Counted from the stretch's first letter, positions 27,096-41,494 are shown. The stretch: DNA of 64,000 bases from Hydrolagus colliei (GCA_035084275.1 CM068754.1:9734001-9798000), one strand, 5' to 3'. Program-made: numbers and translations. The notes: a model not told the origin generated them from the letters alone.

Positions 27096-30000
27096 ATATT
27101 TTGCCAATGATTAGAAAAGGAAGGAAAAATGCTCATGGGGAAATAAATGTATTGCAATGTATGTTTTTGAGATTTCTTCACTACCTGATAACTGATAAGA
27201 TTAGTATTTAAATATCCTTAACCCAAATATACAAACAGAAAAGGTTAGAAATTTGATTTACTACACAAAGAGCACATCTTTTTTCATAAATTGTAAGTTT
27301 AGTAATGTACAATGCAAAGTTTAGTTTATTTTCAAAATAAGGCCCTTCAATGAATTTCAATTTTGACTAGGTCACTACGCTTTCACTAAGCTTTTTGTCT
27401 TAAAGAGATATTTGCAGAATAATGTCATAGGTTTGCATTTCAACATTTTCCATTCTTTTCCCCAAATTCCAAAATGATCTTTAGGGAGATACCACTGCAG
27501 GGTGACTGTTATACAACATGTGATGCTGAAACCAGAAATAAACACTGGATCCCAGCAGGAAACAGACTTAACATAATCTGATGAGTTACTAATATTTGGG
27601 AATTAATATAGATAAACAATATGGGGAAAATACAGAAATTTATGAAGAGCTGGGAATAACGTGTTGGAATCAGCACACTGGAGACTTAGCCAGGTGAAAG
27701 CTTAGTTGATCTGCTTTTCCATCGTCTTACCTAATACGTGTTGTGGACCATAATGCTGCTATAAACTCCCTCAGTTCCGCATACACCATCTGGTGCCCCA
27801 ATGTGTGTCTGAAGATAACAAAGAACATCCTGCTTTCTTGAGTGAAATGCTAAAACCTCCTATATGAAACATTGCAAAGTTTTTTCTTCGTTTCTTTCAT
27901 TTTCATACAAATGATGTACTAAATGTTTGCTTCAGGCAAGTTGATCCCACAAATATATCCATTTTTAATGAGAAACTAATTATAAAATTATAAGCGACGT
28001 TAACTGAGAAAACCTTCGATTGCAAAGCAGCATTTACTTTTGTCAAAATAAATAGATGCATGTGCAGATGCCTACTGACAGAGGCTGTTATTTTGTATAT
28101 GTTTTGCATGGCAAATGACTTGTTTATCCTTTGACTTGTGCCAAGTTTGAATACTGTCAATTTACACATAATTTCCACTTTACTGGTTTCTTGACCTTCG
28201 GCTGCAAATGTCTTCCAGCCCTCAGTCTGACTATGTTGGATGCATTCTAATTAATATTTTCCCTTCAGGCAAATATTTGTTTCTTCAGATCTAAATCCCT
28301 CTTCCGTTCCATATGTAGGCATTCTGCAGATGTTCACCATTCTTGGTTGATGCTATCAACACTGTTATAGCTGTCTCTTGTTCTCCCATAATGGCCTTTA
28401 TTAGAACAGAGAGAAATAAATTAATGGATGCCTTTTAAATAGCTGCTTACTACACATAACATCATGAAAATTGCCTTTGTGGTTACAAACTAATGTAACA
28501 GCAACTTTGATGGAATGGATTCAAGTTATTTATTTATACAGAAAACAATATAATTTAGTATGAAGAAAGTGCCTGAAAAGAATTTAATGATTTAGAGTTT
28601 TTGGGGAGGAAAATTGCATCCTATAGCCAAGATTTTAATATTAAATATCTATGTGGAGGGTTATTTAAGTGGGTTATTTATCCTTAATCAAACAGTCATA
28701 CGTATTCCACTAGTTTAATATTTCATTTATCTGTAAAATATGTTGTGATATATTTGATACTTGTAAGAATTTCATCACAAAATGTATTTTTCACTGTATT
28801 TAAAAACATGTTTGCATATGAACTGGAGGTAAAAAAAATAATGATAACCTTTCATTTCAAGATGTTTGGCTCCATTTTAACACATTTAGTGTGAAATCAC
28901 CGGATCTCTTGCAAATCACTTTCTGGGTTGAAAAACAAAATGCACTTTAACAAGATGTTTGACTTGTTTTGTGAAAGACAAATGCCTAACATGTTTCACT
29001 TAACCATCCAGTACAAACACATATATATTTCTCCATTAAAATACCATAGCCAGGACACTTCACCTATGTGATAGATTTGTTTTAAATATTCTATTTTGGG
29101 TGCTAATAACCAGAAAATGGTCACCGTGGTAGACGCATATCATTAAAAATTTAATTTATCCATATTGCAAGGTGCCAAAGGGCAAGAAACACACAGGACC
29201 TGTCCATCGGGAGTGTGTCAAGCTCAGGAGTTAAAGCAAACAAAGAAGGTCAAGAGACAAAGCATTGACAAATTCTAACCTTAATAAGGGGTGATAGGAT
29301 CAATAATGATAATAATAATCCTTGATACCATCTTTCAAGTTGGGAGGATATTCCCAAAGAATTTCACGAGATATACTGACATTTATCATATGCTTAAGAT
29401 TATCCAAACCAGCCTGGGAATTCCACATTCACAGGTTGATTGGTTTGCTCAAACAGTGATAGATGACTGCTGGGACAAAAACACCCCACCTCCACCACCG
29501 GTTGTGGAATCAAGCAATCTCAGGTAGTATTGTATGCCACACAGAATACATTGGAGAACACACCAATCTTAGAAGACTATCCCGTAATGCATCAATCTAA
29601 CAGTTCCATCTCCCAGTCCACTTTTGTATATCCTGTCAAGTGAGATTACAAATCCGTGTTGAATGCCAATGTTTTTGTGCAGTCCGAGGTCCAGTAGAAC
29701 TGGTTTCAGACAGCCCAAACTAATTAATTTGAAATCATTATCAGGCATCAGAATGAAGCAACATTAATGCTCAATGCACACAAACCTCGAGCTTGAAGAA
29801 GATCGTTCTTTGATCTGTGCTATTTTATTTCTCAGCATTCTTCACAATAAGGACTAGTTGTAGCTACATTTTTCACATGCTGGATAAAGTAATCTCTTCA
29901 TACTTGAAAATTTATTTCTATGCAGAAACATTTCCGTAAAATTTAAACATCTACTAAAATGCATTTACAATCAATACACAAAGCTGCTGAATCTTCAAGG

Positions 30001-30767
30001 TGCCAAGAAAAGTTATTTGCTTCTATGTAAATGGAACCATTTTGTTCACATAGGTCTAATTTTGTTTTCAAGATTGCAAACTAACCAAATGCAGGCTTCG
30101 TTATTCAATATTGCTAACATCTAACCTTTGAGTGGTCTAATCATGTTAGTAAGGGCCTTTTCACCTTGGTTCAAGTCTTATTTCATTAGAGAGACAACCC
30201 AAAGTTCTAAGAGACCATGGCTGTTTAATCAAAGTGATTAAAAGGGTAGGTTTCACCATGTTGTTGTGTCTTCTTGTTTTCCCAGTTGCATATTGATTGT
30301 CTTTCATCTATGAGCAGAGGAGAAGCTTTGAAAGTGCAGTGGGAATGCTTTGGATATGACTACGTAAGACATAGTGATGGAAAGTCACAGCTGAGGCAGA
30401 GGCGACAATAATAGACATGAATACAATGAAGAAACAGGAGGTAAATGGTGAAATGAAGAAGCAGAGAAGAGCAAAACATTGAGCTAATAGAAGTTAGTAA
30501 AGAAAAAAATCAGTTGTGAAATGTTTTAAGGCATGGTTTGTTCAGAGTTGTTTGACAGGGTGTGTTGAGAATACAATAACACTATACAAAAGTATTCAAA
30601 AACAATCTTAGAAGGGAGAAAAAGTTTTTTAGTGGAGATGTACAGCAGACTTGTTACAATAGTGCACCTACATGCTTTAAGACATCTTCCCAATTTGAAA
30701 GCTCTATATAAATGTGAAATGCACAGAACAGTGTACCAATAGTATTTTGTTTTGTTCACCAAGAAGT

Positions 30768-30878
30768 GAAATTTCGCCCACAAATATACAATCAATTCAC
30801 TGTACAGTATATACTATGAAGCGTTTTGAGATGTCTAGAAGGTATGAATAGGACTATATCAAATGCAAGGATTATTAT
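30768..30878 (+). mobile_element. 3' fragment of dominant SINE
   Basis: CCCACAAATATACAATCAATTCAC..GAAGCGTTTTGAGATGTCTAGAAG..CTATATCAAATGCAAGGATTATT. Confidence 0.85.
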
Positions 30879-30904
30879 AAATTCTGTAGTAGTTAAACTT
30901 AAAG

Positions 30905-31141
30905 CATCTCTGCTCCCACATTCTGGAACTCTACTCAGCAATCACTCTCCCTCACCTGCTTCTTGCCTTCTTCAAGTCCTGTCTGAAGACCTTCCCCTTT
31001 GATCGTGCATTCGGCCACCCTCCTGTCCTCCTTCCTTTCTGACCCCAACTCCCAGCTCGGGACCAAACCCATAAATTGTCCAGCGCAACTGGATGTCATT
31101 CCGTCATGAAGGGCGCTGTACAAATGTAATTTGTTGTTGTT
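30905..31141 (+). mobile_element. L2 LINE 3' end
   Basis: CTGGAACTC..CTTCAAGTCCTGTCTGAAGAC..pyrimidine-rich UTR..GAAGGGCGCTGTACAAATGTAATTTGTTGTTG. Confidence 0.85.
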
Positions 31142-31184
31142 AAAGCCCTGTATTAAAATATATCCCAATTTTCTATCCCCCAGG

Positions 31185-31216
31185 ATCTATTTTCCAAATA
31201 ATCTATTTTCCAAATA
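31185..31216 (+). repeat. 16-bp perfect tandem duplication
   Basis: ATCTATTTTCCAAATA x2. Confidence 0.9.
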
Positions 31217-31539
31217 ATGGATTTGGTGATAATTAATATCTTCAGCACTGGGCAGCATTTCTTCTTTAGCTGGCGTGGTTTCGAGCCAATTTTACAGATG
31301 AAAGCAACATGCACATAAAACCCCAGCATTCACAATTTATTTTTATTTGTACCCTGTAACATCCAGTGATACCCAAACTGTCCTGAGGGAAGTGTTACAG
31401 AATCACAGTTCGACTGAGTGTTACAGTGGGAGCATTTAATCTTCAGTCGCTTCTATACAGGCACCTGTAGGGGTGAAGTGAGAAGCACGATTTTGCAATG
31501 AGCGAGGTTCAGTGCAAGAGTCACAGTAAAATAATCAGA

Positions 31540-31930
31540 CTAAAACATCTATTAAAATACTTTGGCGCTTACAGAATCGACAGCACAATATTAACTATGG
31601 GCTTGTCAGCAGCTGAGTCTCCAGCAGCAACCTGGTACCAGGAGCACTGACATTCCCAATCAATTATTGCACAAGCTCCAGAATTTCACCACAAAATCGT
31701 TTTTTATGGGCTCCTTTTAACATTGACCTTGCAATTTTCCCTTTAGCAGCCCTTAAAGCCAGATCCATGGTTTTCCCAATGGAGCAGAGTGTCAAAAATT
31801 AATAAGGATGATGTGCTTGCATCCCTTTACCTACCCCTCTGTATGTGCTAATGGCCTCGTTACCTGATCATTATGAGGGCATTTAGCTCTGCATGGCTGC
31901 CTTTACATGACTAATGGCTTAAATTTAACA
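31540..31930. promoter_or_regulatory. Putative enhancer / conserved non-coding element
   Basis: Repeat-free, raised GC, TGTCA/TGACA sites, TTTTATGG (posterior Hox/Cdx), TAATGG x2, CAGCTG. Confidence 0.4.
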
Positions 31931-32370
31931 AACTTGGGGTATTTGTAGCCTTCAATTTATTCCCATATTTCTTTGTTGCGCAAAGTTAACACTCAATTTC
32001 AATAGTATAGGCCATTTGCATTGGCAACCTAAAGGCTGATTGGCAATCTGGTTAATTGGTTCATTTGTGATATCAGAAACGTAAATCAATGTTACCGCAT
32101 TTTAAAAAAATCTATTTACTATTGAAAAATTCAAACTTAACATTTGCTCACTTCCAATTGTGTTGCTAACAATCTCAATTAGATGTGCAGTGACACGTTG
32201 CAATATAAATGGTTTTAATAGTGAGGGGTTACAGATTTCAGCGAAAACGTTTTGAAACAAATGAAAAGCTCAGCAGTGACTGGCAACAAAATGGTACTAC
32301 AGTAATCTGGTCTACTCCAGTGTTTTATTAATACATAACCTGCAGCCCCAGCTGTAATTACTATCAAAAC

Positions 32371-32966
32371 AATAATATTAATAATAAATAATCCTTGTAT
32401 TTTATAACATAGTTTATCATATTGTTGAGCCATCTCAAAGTGCTTCATAAAACATTCTGTAAAGTGAATTGATTGTATATTTTGGGGGTGAAATGTAGCA
32501 GCCAATTGCGAGCAGCAGTGTCCCATAAATGGTCGTTGATTGAGTGATCATATTGTAATATTTAAGGGAAAGCCCCAGAAAGTAATCCACAATCAAATAA
32601 CAACCAAGTTCCTACTTACTACAGTACGAGGCTCTGGAACTCCCTTCCTCACTCCCTTCGCCTTGTCCCCTCTCTTCCCAGTTTCAGATCACAGCTAAAG
32701 ATCTTTCTCTTTGACCGCGCCTTTGGTCACCTTTCTACCCCTGCCCCTGGCTTGGTCCCGGAATCCGTTACTGTGAAGCGCTCTGAGACGCCATCCGGCA
32801 TGGAGGGCGCTATATAAATCAAAGTTGTTGTTGTTGTTGTTGTTATAGGTAAACAGAGGTGTGTAGGGTAAGGAAACTTGCTTAAGGTTTTGCCCTGCCC
32901 AGAAATCAAAGCCGGGTCCTCTCACCTGCAAGGTGAGTGCTCTAATCAAAATGCTACAGGTCTCCA
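32371..32966 (-). mobile_element. Long-variant SINE split by an L2 insertion
   Basis: SINE tail/body 32371-32560, extra segment 32573-32620, L2 insert, then remaining body and tRNA head 32846-32966 ending GCTACAGGTCTCCAT. Confidence 0.85.
32627..32844 (+). mobile_element. L2 LINE 3' end with (TTG)n tail
   Basis: CTCTGGAACTCCCTTCC..CTGTGAAGCGCTCTGAGACGCC..GGAGGGCGCTATATAAATCAAAG(TTG)n. Confidence 0.9.
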
Positions 32967-34060
32967 TAGACCTTTTAGGTAACCAAGGAATTGAAATGGG
33001 AGATAAAGTATCAGCTCATATTTACAATATTTTTAATGTCTGTATAACATGTTATATGCTGCTGATCTGGAAAGGAGTAAAATCTGATCCAAGAACTGAT
33101 TGTACCTGAAGATTTAAGAGTAGTTAGTAACAAAATGATGCTAACATTACTCTGTTGCAGTTGCAGTTGCTGTTGTGTCTCAAATTGCTGTCCAGAAATG
33201 TGCATGATTCAAACCATCAGATGTTCAATTGACTAATAATTGCATTGAACAATTAATCTGCTGCAATAATAGAAAGTCTTGCATGCTAATATAATTAATA
33301 GATTAATGATTTTCAAGATGGTTTTACATGTGCCATGTTTACCAACTTCATTAACCAAAAGATTGACAGGAAAATAAATATTTTATATTAATGATGAAAA
33401 AATGTAATTTGCTACAATGCATCAATCTTTAGTTCTTTAATTAAGCAGGGCTTGTGCCGCAAAGTAATTCTGGTGCAAGAAAGCCTCAATATATAGTTCA
33501 ATTCGGGGAATAGCCTGTGGAAACCTTGGTTCAGTGAATATTGCCCTTAGTTCAAAATGAATCTGTTAACATTTGCACCAGATGCATCACTTGGTTATAT
33601 AGAAACAAAGAAGAGATACTTAAAAGTACTTATATCAGTGTCAAACATCATTATTACACCTAGTTTAAATACGGCAATAGGCATGGTAAGGTATGTTTCA
33701 AAATATAAATATTTTTTAAAGTTACAGATTACATCTCTCAATGATTTCGTTTTATACATTCAAATAGTATTTCTGCTAAGGTTGATAGATCCAATTGTCA
33801 AGACTATACTTATTTTCTTCCCATGCTATGTGATTAGCAGTGACCTGACACGACCTTGAATTAACTGTTTGACCTAATGTCAGTTACCACTGGAAATGGG
33901 TAGCATTTTAATTGCCAGTCACATTAAGCGGCAGGATGATGACACGTCTGACAAACCCATTTTTTAAAAGGATTTTGAAATTTAAAGCATCTCTTTTGTG
34001 ACTGACAATTGCTAAGATTTCACTAAACATGTTGATCAAAGAAGTCTAACTGATGAAAAC

Positions 34061-34087
34061 CTGTAATTTTTTTAAAAAAAATTACAG
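34061..34087. repeat. Inverted repeat, 13-bp arms, 1-nt spacer
   Basis: CTGTAATTTTTTT-A-AAAAAAATTACAG. Confidence 0.85.
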
Positions 34088-34847
34088 CTTTTCTTTGTTG
34101 AAATTTTTTATGTAGAATGGTGAATCAAAAGTGTGAACATGTCTGTCTCAGAAGAACCTTGCATTGCTAATGGAATAGTAGACCATCCAAACTCACCAAA
34201 TACATAGCATAGTAAACAACCGTGATCCATTATTCAATAATATTATAACAGTAGGTCCAAACTATGACATGGAGGATTTTTTTTTCTGTTTGCTTTGTAA
34301 GACTAGACATGCATGCTAATGTATATCACAGAACGCATAAGCCTAACCCCCTAGGACATCAAAATCTCAATGAAAGTAAAGATTAAAACTCCATCCATGC
34401 ATATGAAGTTTTTCCATCCAGTTTTTCCATCCTTGCATAAGGAATTCTCTTGATGGGATCATGGTTTTGTACTTCAGAATGTGTGTGTGTATGTTTCATT
34501 TATTTATATCTATATATATATTATAATATTATATAGAGAGAATCATTTAGTGTTACGATTTATAGAAATTATACGAATAATAACAGCACAAATATTTAGA
34601 CATATATATATTTGATTATGTATATATGTGATAAGTATTTGCCACAAAATATTTGTGCTATATATATACTGTACATCTCATAATCCTTGTTGTAACACCT
34701 GATCACATCATCAAGACATTTCAGAGCTTCACCGGATTTTACTGTGGGATACAGTGACTGTGTATTTGTATATTTGTAACATGTGTCATCATGTGATATT
34801 CACTGGTTCATGTTTACTGGGTTCGATTTAGTGGGTTAGGTCCTAAC

Positions 34848-34919
34848 CTGACTGTTGAGCGCTTTGGGATGTCCTCCCGACGTGAAAGGTGCTATATAAG
34901 TGCAATTTTGTTGTTGTTG
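34848..34919 (+). mobile_element. L2 3' terminal stub
   Basis: TGACTGTTGAGCGCTTTGGGATGTCC..GTGAAAGGTGCTATATAAGTGCAATTTTGTTGTTG. Confidence 0.8.
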
Positions 34920-35809
34920 AAGATTGATATGACATAAAACTTCTCAGACCTGAACTGGATCTGGATGAAATTGTTTGTACATTACTGTACAAAAAGCACT
35001 AAATCTTGCCTGCATCTCACTGAGAGCAACTGACCATTATGATTTGAGTAAAAACCTCATACAGTATTTTGCTTTGGTGATGTTTTGTTTGAAGAATAAG
35101 CAGTGACATCCTGTAGAGCTGAGCTGGTAGCACAGTAAAGACTTAATGTAGCATGTTTGCATTTCAACTGTCAACTTTGCCAAACTGAAATTCTATGTAG
35201 ACAGAATAATTACAAGCTATATGTACCAAAGGAAGATAGATATGGAGTAGATAGACCATGTTAAAACTGAATGCAAGAAGCCGGAGCTCTCAACCTGTTT
35301 TATAATCCACCGAGCATAATTATTAACCATATTAAAAGCTTGTTTTTTCTTTGGATTAAATCCTTTTCAATTTTTGTAAAAATCAATGCACCATTTAAAA
35401 GTTATAGCATTGATTTCTGGTTTCACTCTTGCAGCTTGAATTGAAATCTGCACCAAAAGGAAAATAATATTCTTCTAAAATAAAGTTGAACATCTGCTTA
35501 CAAGCAAATATGTGACAACAACTGATGAGTTCTGTTGTAGAACAACTCTTTGATGGCTTGTGAACAACTCTTGAATTTTAAGAACGTTATAAGCTTGAAA
35601 CTGGAATTGAAATGTAGAGTACGATTCCATAAATAATTGTAATAAGTTTGCCTTAACACAATACTTTCACAAAAATTAAAACAATGGAATATATTTGCTT
35701 CTTCTTTGTTCCACTCTTCCAAGCTTCAAATGTACAGTCACTTTGAGCCATTTTGCTCTGAGACATTTAGGTTCTGTATAAAATGTAAGGATTATTATAA
35801 CAATAGCAT

Positions 35810-36170
35810 ATAACAATGGCACCTTATCACATTCTTCGAGATACGTATCTGAAAGTGCTTCACAGGATGTAATGTGAAGTGAATCGATCGTATATTTAGT
35901 GGGTGAAATGCGGCAGCCAATTGCGCACTACAGATACTCACAAATATGTATTGAGTGACCAAGTTACTATTATTATTTTTTTAGTGATTATTACCCCTGG
36001 AAAAGCAATCCGCAAATCAACTAACAACTAAGATCCTACTTAATGCTAGGTAAACATATTGTGGGGTGCATGGAGTAAAGCAAACTTGCCCTAGCAGGTT
36101 CACCCAGCCCTGGAATCAAATCTTGGTCCTCTCGCTTGCAAGTGCTCTAAGCAGTACCCTACAGGACTTC
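35810..36170 (-). mobile_element. Long-variant SINE (uninterrupted), tail-to-tail with a + strand SINE stub at ~35730-35798
   Basis: SINE tail and body, extra segment 35994-36055, tRNA head ending CTACAGGACTTC. Confidence 0.85.
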
Positions 36171-36289
36171 TGTTAACAGTTCATTGTTAATAATGTAATG
36201 GACCAAACCATACTACTAATAGGAAGGAATTTTAAAAATCCATGCATAAAACATTTCAAGACTATGCCACAAAATGCTTTAAAAGATTT

Positions 36290-36562
36290 ACTGCAATGAG
36301 TGGTGACTGCATGTTTTGTAAACAAACACATCAGCCAATTGACGAGAAATGTCCCTCAATCAGCCTTGGAATTAATTACAGGGGTACCAAGATTATCTGT
36401 GGGATTGCTAGCCAGGACACCAGCAGAAACTCTTTTCTCTTTTCAAGTAGTGCAATGGTGCAATGGATTGGGGTACCAACCTGGACTACATGGATTCCCA
36501 GCCCGGGCCTTGAAACCCACAAGCTTCTAACACAGGTGAGAGTTGCTACCAACTGAGCTAAA
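36290..36562 (-). mobile_element. Old Deu-domain-like SINE with tRNA head
   Basis: GCCAGGACACCAGCAGAAACTCTTTTCTCTTTTCAAGTAGTGC (cf. 2685-2725); head TTGAAACCCACAAGCTTCT..GCTACCAACTGAGC. Confidence 0.55.
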
Positions 36563-36829
36563 CTCACACCTAATTTGTATATTTCAAATCTACACATTAA
36601 GCAATCAGTCATTTTTTAAGAATTGTATGATTCACTAGATCAAATTGGATGATTAGAATAGTATATGTAACCAATATTAGTATGTTATAAATGTCATTTT
36701 ATGCGCATGAAAGACCAATACCTCCTCATGAGCATTGTAACATAAGTGATTGTACACATTGAAGAGCCGTGACATTTTCTCATTGGTGCACAGTTCTGTT
36801 TATTATATGGATTAGCTTTAAAACATGTT

Positions 36830-37030
36830 TCAGAATCCCTCAATACAGGCAGACTGTTAATTGACAATTAATTGCAGTTAGTGATGGCATTTATTTTCAT
36901 TGCATTTAATTATTATCATGTTCCTGGGCACTAAAATGATAATTAACCCCCAAGTCACACAACACGAACTGTGGAGAGAAGGAAATGCCGAATTAAATTG
37001 AGAAGGGGAAGTCCACACACAGCCCAGCAG
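36830..37030. promoter_or_regulatory. Homeodomain-site-rich putative enhancer
   Basis: TTAATTGACAATTAATTG, TTTAATTA, GATAATTAA, GAATTAAATTG within 200 bp. Confidence 0.4.
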
Positions 37031-39100
37031 CTCAGGCAGTTGAAATGTTTGACTTCCGACCAGATGAATATGAGTTCAAGTCCCAGGGCTGCTCATTACG
37101 TAAACTTGCTCGCTTCAGTTGGATGAGTTTTATCAGAGTATTATATGACAGTGATGTGTTCCCATCTCAGGAGAGGTGGGAACTGATGCCGTCTGTCTTA
37201 TGTCCTTCACAACCAGTTTCTAGCTGGACTGTCCTACATGACCATCTAGAGGATAACTTGTGCTTCTAAGGGAAAAACAAGAGGGGCATTTGTGGGGGAA
37301 CAATGGGCTGCATTGCTGAAACAAAAAGGCTTTGTTCCTTCTTTTAACAGCATAATTAGCCTTTCTCTGTTCATCAGTAAATATATTCTGGTTATAAATA
37401 ATTTCCAGAAGGCCATTTTATTTGTGATAACCTTTCTTTCTGGGTAAATGGGTGAATGTAAAAATAACAGTTATCAAATCATTTGATACAAGTTACAAAA
37501 TGAACTGAACACCGTCAGCAAAAAAAAGTGATTCAATTTATGTATCAATAACAAGAAATACTTCTAAGTAGCACTTATAATTTAACAAATATTAAACAAT
37601 ATAACCAGTATAACTATTGATCATTTTGCTAGGGGAAGAAAAAATTGTCAATACAATTTAATTGATGACTGGAATAAAGACTTTTTTTTGAGAAAAACTG
37701 TTAATATACATACAATTAAACCTCAAGCTCCTAATTTTTCTTTAAAGTGCTCTTTCTTTAAACAAACAAATCAATTTATTCTATGAGTTCACACACCTGT
37801 TGCTAGTAAAAGAAAAACTGACCTTTACATAAAAACCAGCAAGTTTGCATTCACGAACAAACATAGTCTTCATGAACTACTTTAGTGCTGTTGTAGCAAG
37901 ATTGAAGATTAGATGAGATATTGGTCCACTATAGAATGCAACACAAAAGACAAGGGTAAAATTGGTACAGTGGTTACTCCAAAATTCAATGTTGCAAACT
38001 CGATTTCTTCACCACATACTCACACCAGGTTCAGAAAGCTAGAAATTAAATGAAGGGATTTGCCTTCTTTAAATACATTTGTGTTCGCTTTAGAAATATA
38101 TACTGGCCAGCTGATTTAACCATAAATATTGTCAGTGTTTAAGTAGCAATAAAACTTTTTAATTTCCAAAGCTACAGTGACTAGAGAATTAATGTGACCG
38201 ATTTGAGGAGTGTAAATCTCACAGTCGGGCAAAATTGGCAGCATTGAAAATTTATTTTGTCTAATTATATTTGTGATGAAAAAGGGAACCTTTAAAGAGG
38301 AGGGACGCTTTTGATATATTTTAACATACAGCAAAAGTATTAATTTTTCTTTTTAGTACAAAAGAACATTTAGCTGGTCAAAGGTAATTTTAAGGCCCAG
38401 ACAATGGTGTTCTGGTTGAATGGATATAATATTTAACTTCGTACAAAATGTACCCATAAGTCTCAGTAGATTTACTGATGAAATCTAGTGTTTATTCACT
38501 GCATTCAAAAGGTCTTTTAAACAGTTTTTTTTTATCATGCCTGCTCTTCACTGATGAGAAATAAAAATGCAGTGTGCATGCTGTCAGACTGAATATATTG
38601 TATATTGCTATGTCGCTTCACTCAGAGCCATTCGATGAAGCAATTTTCTTCCAGTCACAAAATGGGCTTATTTTTTGCTAGGGAACAATTTCGCTGCCAA
38701 GTTTGTTGTAAAAATGGGCTATAATACAGCACTATAATGGAAAGCAAATTCAGAATAGAGCACTGATAATTTCTGATTTACAACAAGAAGGAAATGAAAA
38801 TCAAACGTGTAAATAAGAAGACAAATCTGCCTCCTTTATACGAGGACTGTTCTCATTTTCTCATATTGAAAATTATTCATAATTTGATGGTATAGAAAAC
38901 TATCTACTCCTCACTTCTGTTGTGGAAACGTATTGATCAGTGAGTGTACACTTCAAGGACAGTAATGTGAGTAATGTACAAACTTCATATCTATTGATCA
39001 TATAGGCTGTCAGGAAAAATATCTTTCCAATAAAATCACAACTGAATTATTCATATACAAGGATATATTCCCATATATATATTCCATCATGTATGTACAA

Positions 39101-39166
39101 TATGTATGTATGTATGTGTCTGTAGGTCTGTCTGTCTGTCTGTCTGTCTGTCTGTTTATCTATCTG
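39101..39166. repeat. (GTAT)n/(GTCT)n/(ATCT)n compound microsatellite
   Basis: TATGTATGTATGTATG..GTCTGTCTGTCTGTCTGTCTGTCTGTCTG..ATCTATCT. Confidence 0.9.
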
Positions 39167-39817
39167 ATCGAATAATCAAATAGAATATTGTTTACAAATG
39201 ACTTGGAGAATGATTTAAGTTATAAGTAAGTCATGTCTTGAGAACTTTTCTTTATTTTCACAATAGTATTATTTTCTTCTTATACTAATTATAAGTATAT
39301 AAGTAAACCTTATGTTTACTCCAATCACTTTGCTCTTTGCTTACATTCAGCTCCTCCCATCCATTTTAGGATGTGGGAGGATTTTTCAAAACACATTTAA
39401 TCCCTAATGAAGGAATGATAGCAGATTACCATAGTTACAACCCATCAATTTCAGATGCAATCTTCTCATCTAAAAGTAGAAAGTGGACCGTGTAAACTCA
39501 CAGTCACCACCCCCTCAACTGGCCCGCACCTTCCCTTCCAGGACATGGTAGCACCCAGAATAATGATCATATTCTTGGGACTCTAAGGGTTATGATTAAA
39601 TAAACACAATAGATTTTGTGGTATAGTGGATTAACACACATTTGTTGAGTTTGGGTCTGAATGTAGATTGGTTGATGAAAGTTTACTTTCTTTGAAAGCT
39701 GTGGAGGTCCTAGATAAAATGGGCTTCACAAATTTTGTTGAGTTCCTGGTGTTCAGTAGCATACATTTTACCCCAAATTGGCAGTCTACCTAACTGGCGA
39801 AAGAAATGGAACAACGC

Positions 39818-40070
39818 ATAATAATAATAAGAATAATTTTTGCATTTGATATAGTGTTTTATCACGTCTTCTAGATGTCTTAAGGCGCTACACAGAATAT
39901 ACTGTAGAGTGAATTGACTGTATATTTGTGGGAGAAATATGGCAACCAATTGCACACAGCAGTGTTCCACAAACAGTCGTGGATTGAAATGAGCAATTAA
40001 TTTTTTTTGAGGGTTTATTATTAGACTTGTGGAGTAAGGAAACCTGCCCAAGGTTTCACAGGGCTGGGTT
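39818..40070 (-). mobile_element. Dominant SINE lacking most of the tRNA head
   Basis: (AAT)n..TGCATTTGATATAGTG..GTGAATTGACTGTATATTTGTGGG..GGAGTAAGGAAACCTGCCCAAGGTTTC. Confidence 0.9.
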
Positions 40071-41494
40071 TGGAGGTGAGGTAAATTGCTCGCAAAGTGG
40101 ATAGGACTTTACTCTGCATCTGGCAGTTGAACTAAATCTAAGGAATAGAAGTCTGATTTGTGCAATATAAAACCAGTTATTAGTTAAAAATTTGAAACAA
40201 ATATTGGACAAAAATAAGCGGTGAAATAGGGGGAACTGGTTTTACCGTGGATTGCAATATCACAATAATGGTTAAGCAAATTACCGGTGATTTATGATTT
40301 ATGTATGTAGCATGGAAGCTGTAAAACAATATACAGTACTATATGTACTGCAATTCTTCTTTTGTACATTCCTTTTATACTGTATCACCACTGAAGTCAG
40401 AAAATAAGCCGTAAGTGTCTGGATTTCTTCTGTGGATAAACCCCCAAAACACCCTAAACTCAACGGTTCATAAAATGTTGTCTACCTGGGGCTGTTTACA
40501 TTGATATTTGCTGTAGACCTTTGTGTGATTAACTTCAACACTGTCATTTTTTTTGTAAAAAAGAGGCTTTTTATATCTTCCACACTAATTAACAGAACAA
40601 GTTTATTGATTTCATTTTTACTTTAACTTACTGTGTTCTTTGCAATCTGCCCAAAAAGAATTGTTATACATAGATATATGCACACGCACTCACATGAGTC
40701 CAAAAATGTCTGGGTTCATCTGACTGCACATATATCGAAAATGGCCTAATGCCAAATTATAATGAACCCTGCCTATCCATGCTGTGGACTCCTATGTTGT
40801 AAGGGGATTTTGAGCAAACACAACAGTGTGAATACATCATCCATTTGTACATTAACTGCATCCGTCCCCAATCAACAACAAGCAAGTTGACACCGAATAT
40901 ATTTTCATGGTACAGCTATTTCTGATTTATTATTAAAGTTCTTGATGTTACTCATCTAACATTGCAAAATACATTGTTGTCTTTTAACATATCATCCAAT
41001 ATCAGTTATCGTCTCTCACCCTCGCCTGGCTCCATTTTATCAGTTCTGAAAGCAATGACCTATACAATGACATATTGTGATTCACTGCAAACTGTGCAAA
41101 TGGAGAGAATTGTACAGTTTATGTTTATAGGAGCTGTACCAAATACAACATTTATTACCATTGTATTATCAAACTGCAATAGAGAAACAATATTTTTTAT
41201 ATACTACCTGTACATGTTGTAGCTACACTTGCAATCAAAGCATCCAATATGGAATATAGATTTCAGTGATACCGCTCACACACCATTTAACACGTCATAA
41301 ACACTGTGTATACACCTTAAGCAAACCTGCTACGTATGTGTAATGAGCTTGTTTAGGTCATAGCTCATCAACAATAGGAGATATCCGCTAAAAATATCTT
41401 TATGACATTCCCCATACAAAACCTTTCTTATGAGGTGTAAATCATGTCTCTACCACAGTCAGATATTGAGATCTCTACCTCATTCAATTATTGA

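Noticed and set aside
26230-27512. Exact 15-mer CAGGGTGACTGTTAT repeated 1.3 kb apart
   Set aside because: No flanking similarity; rough probability not compelling
29435-29523. Exon-like open segment VDWFAQTVIDDCWDKNTPPPPPVVESSNL
   Set aside because: Weak donor (GTAGTA), unrecognised peptide, no partner exons
23127-31642. 12-bp palindromes AGGGTTAACCCT and CCTGGTACCAGG
   Set aside because: Tens of 12-bp palindromes are expected by chance in this window
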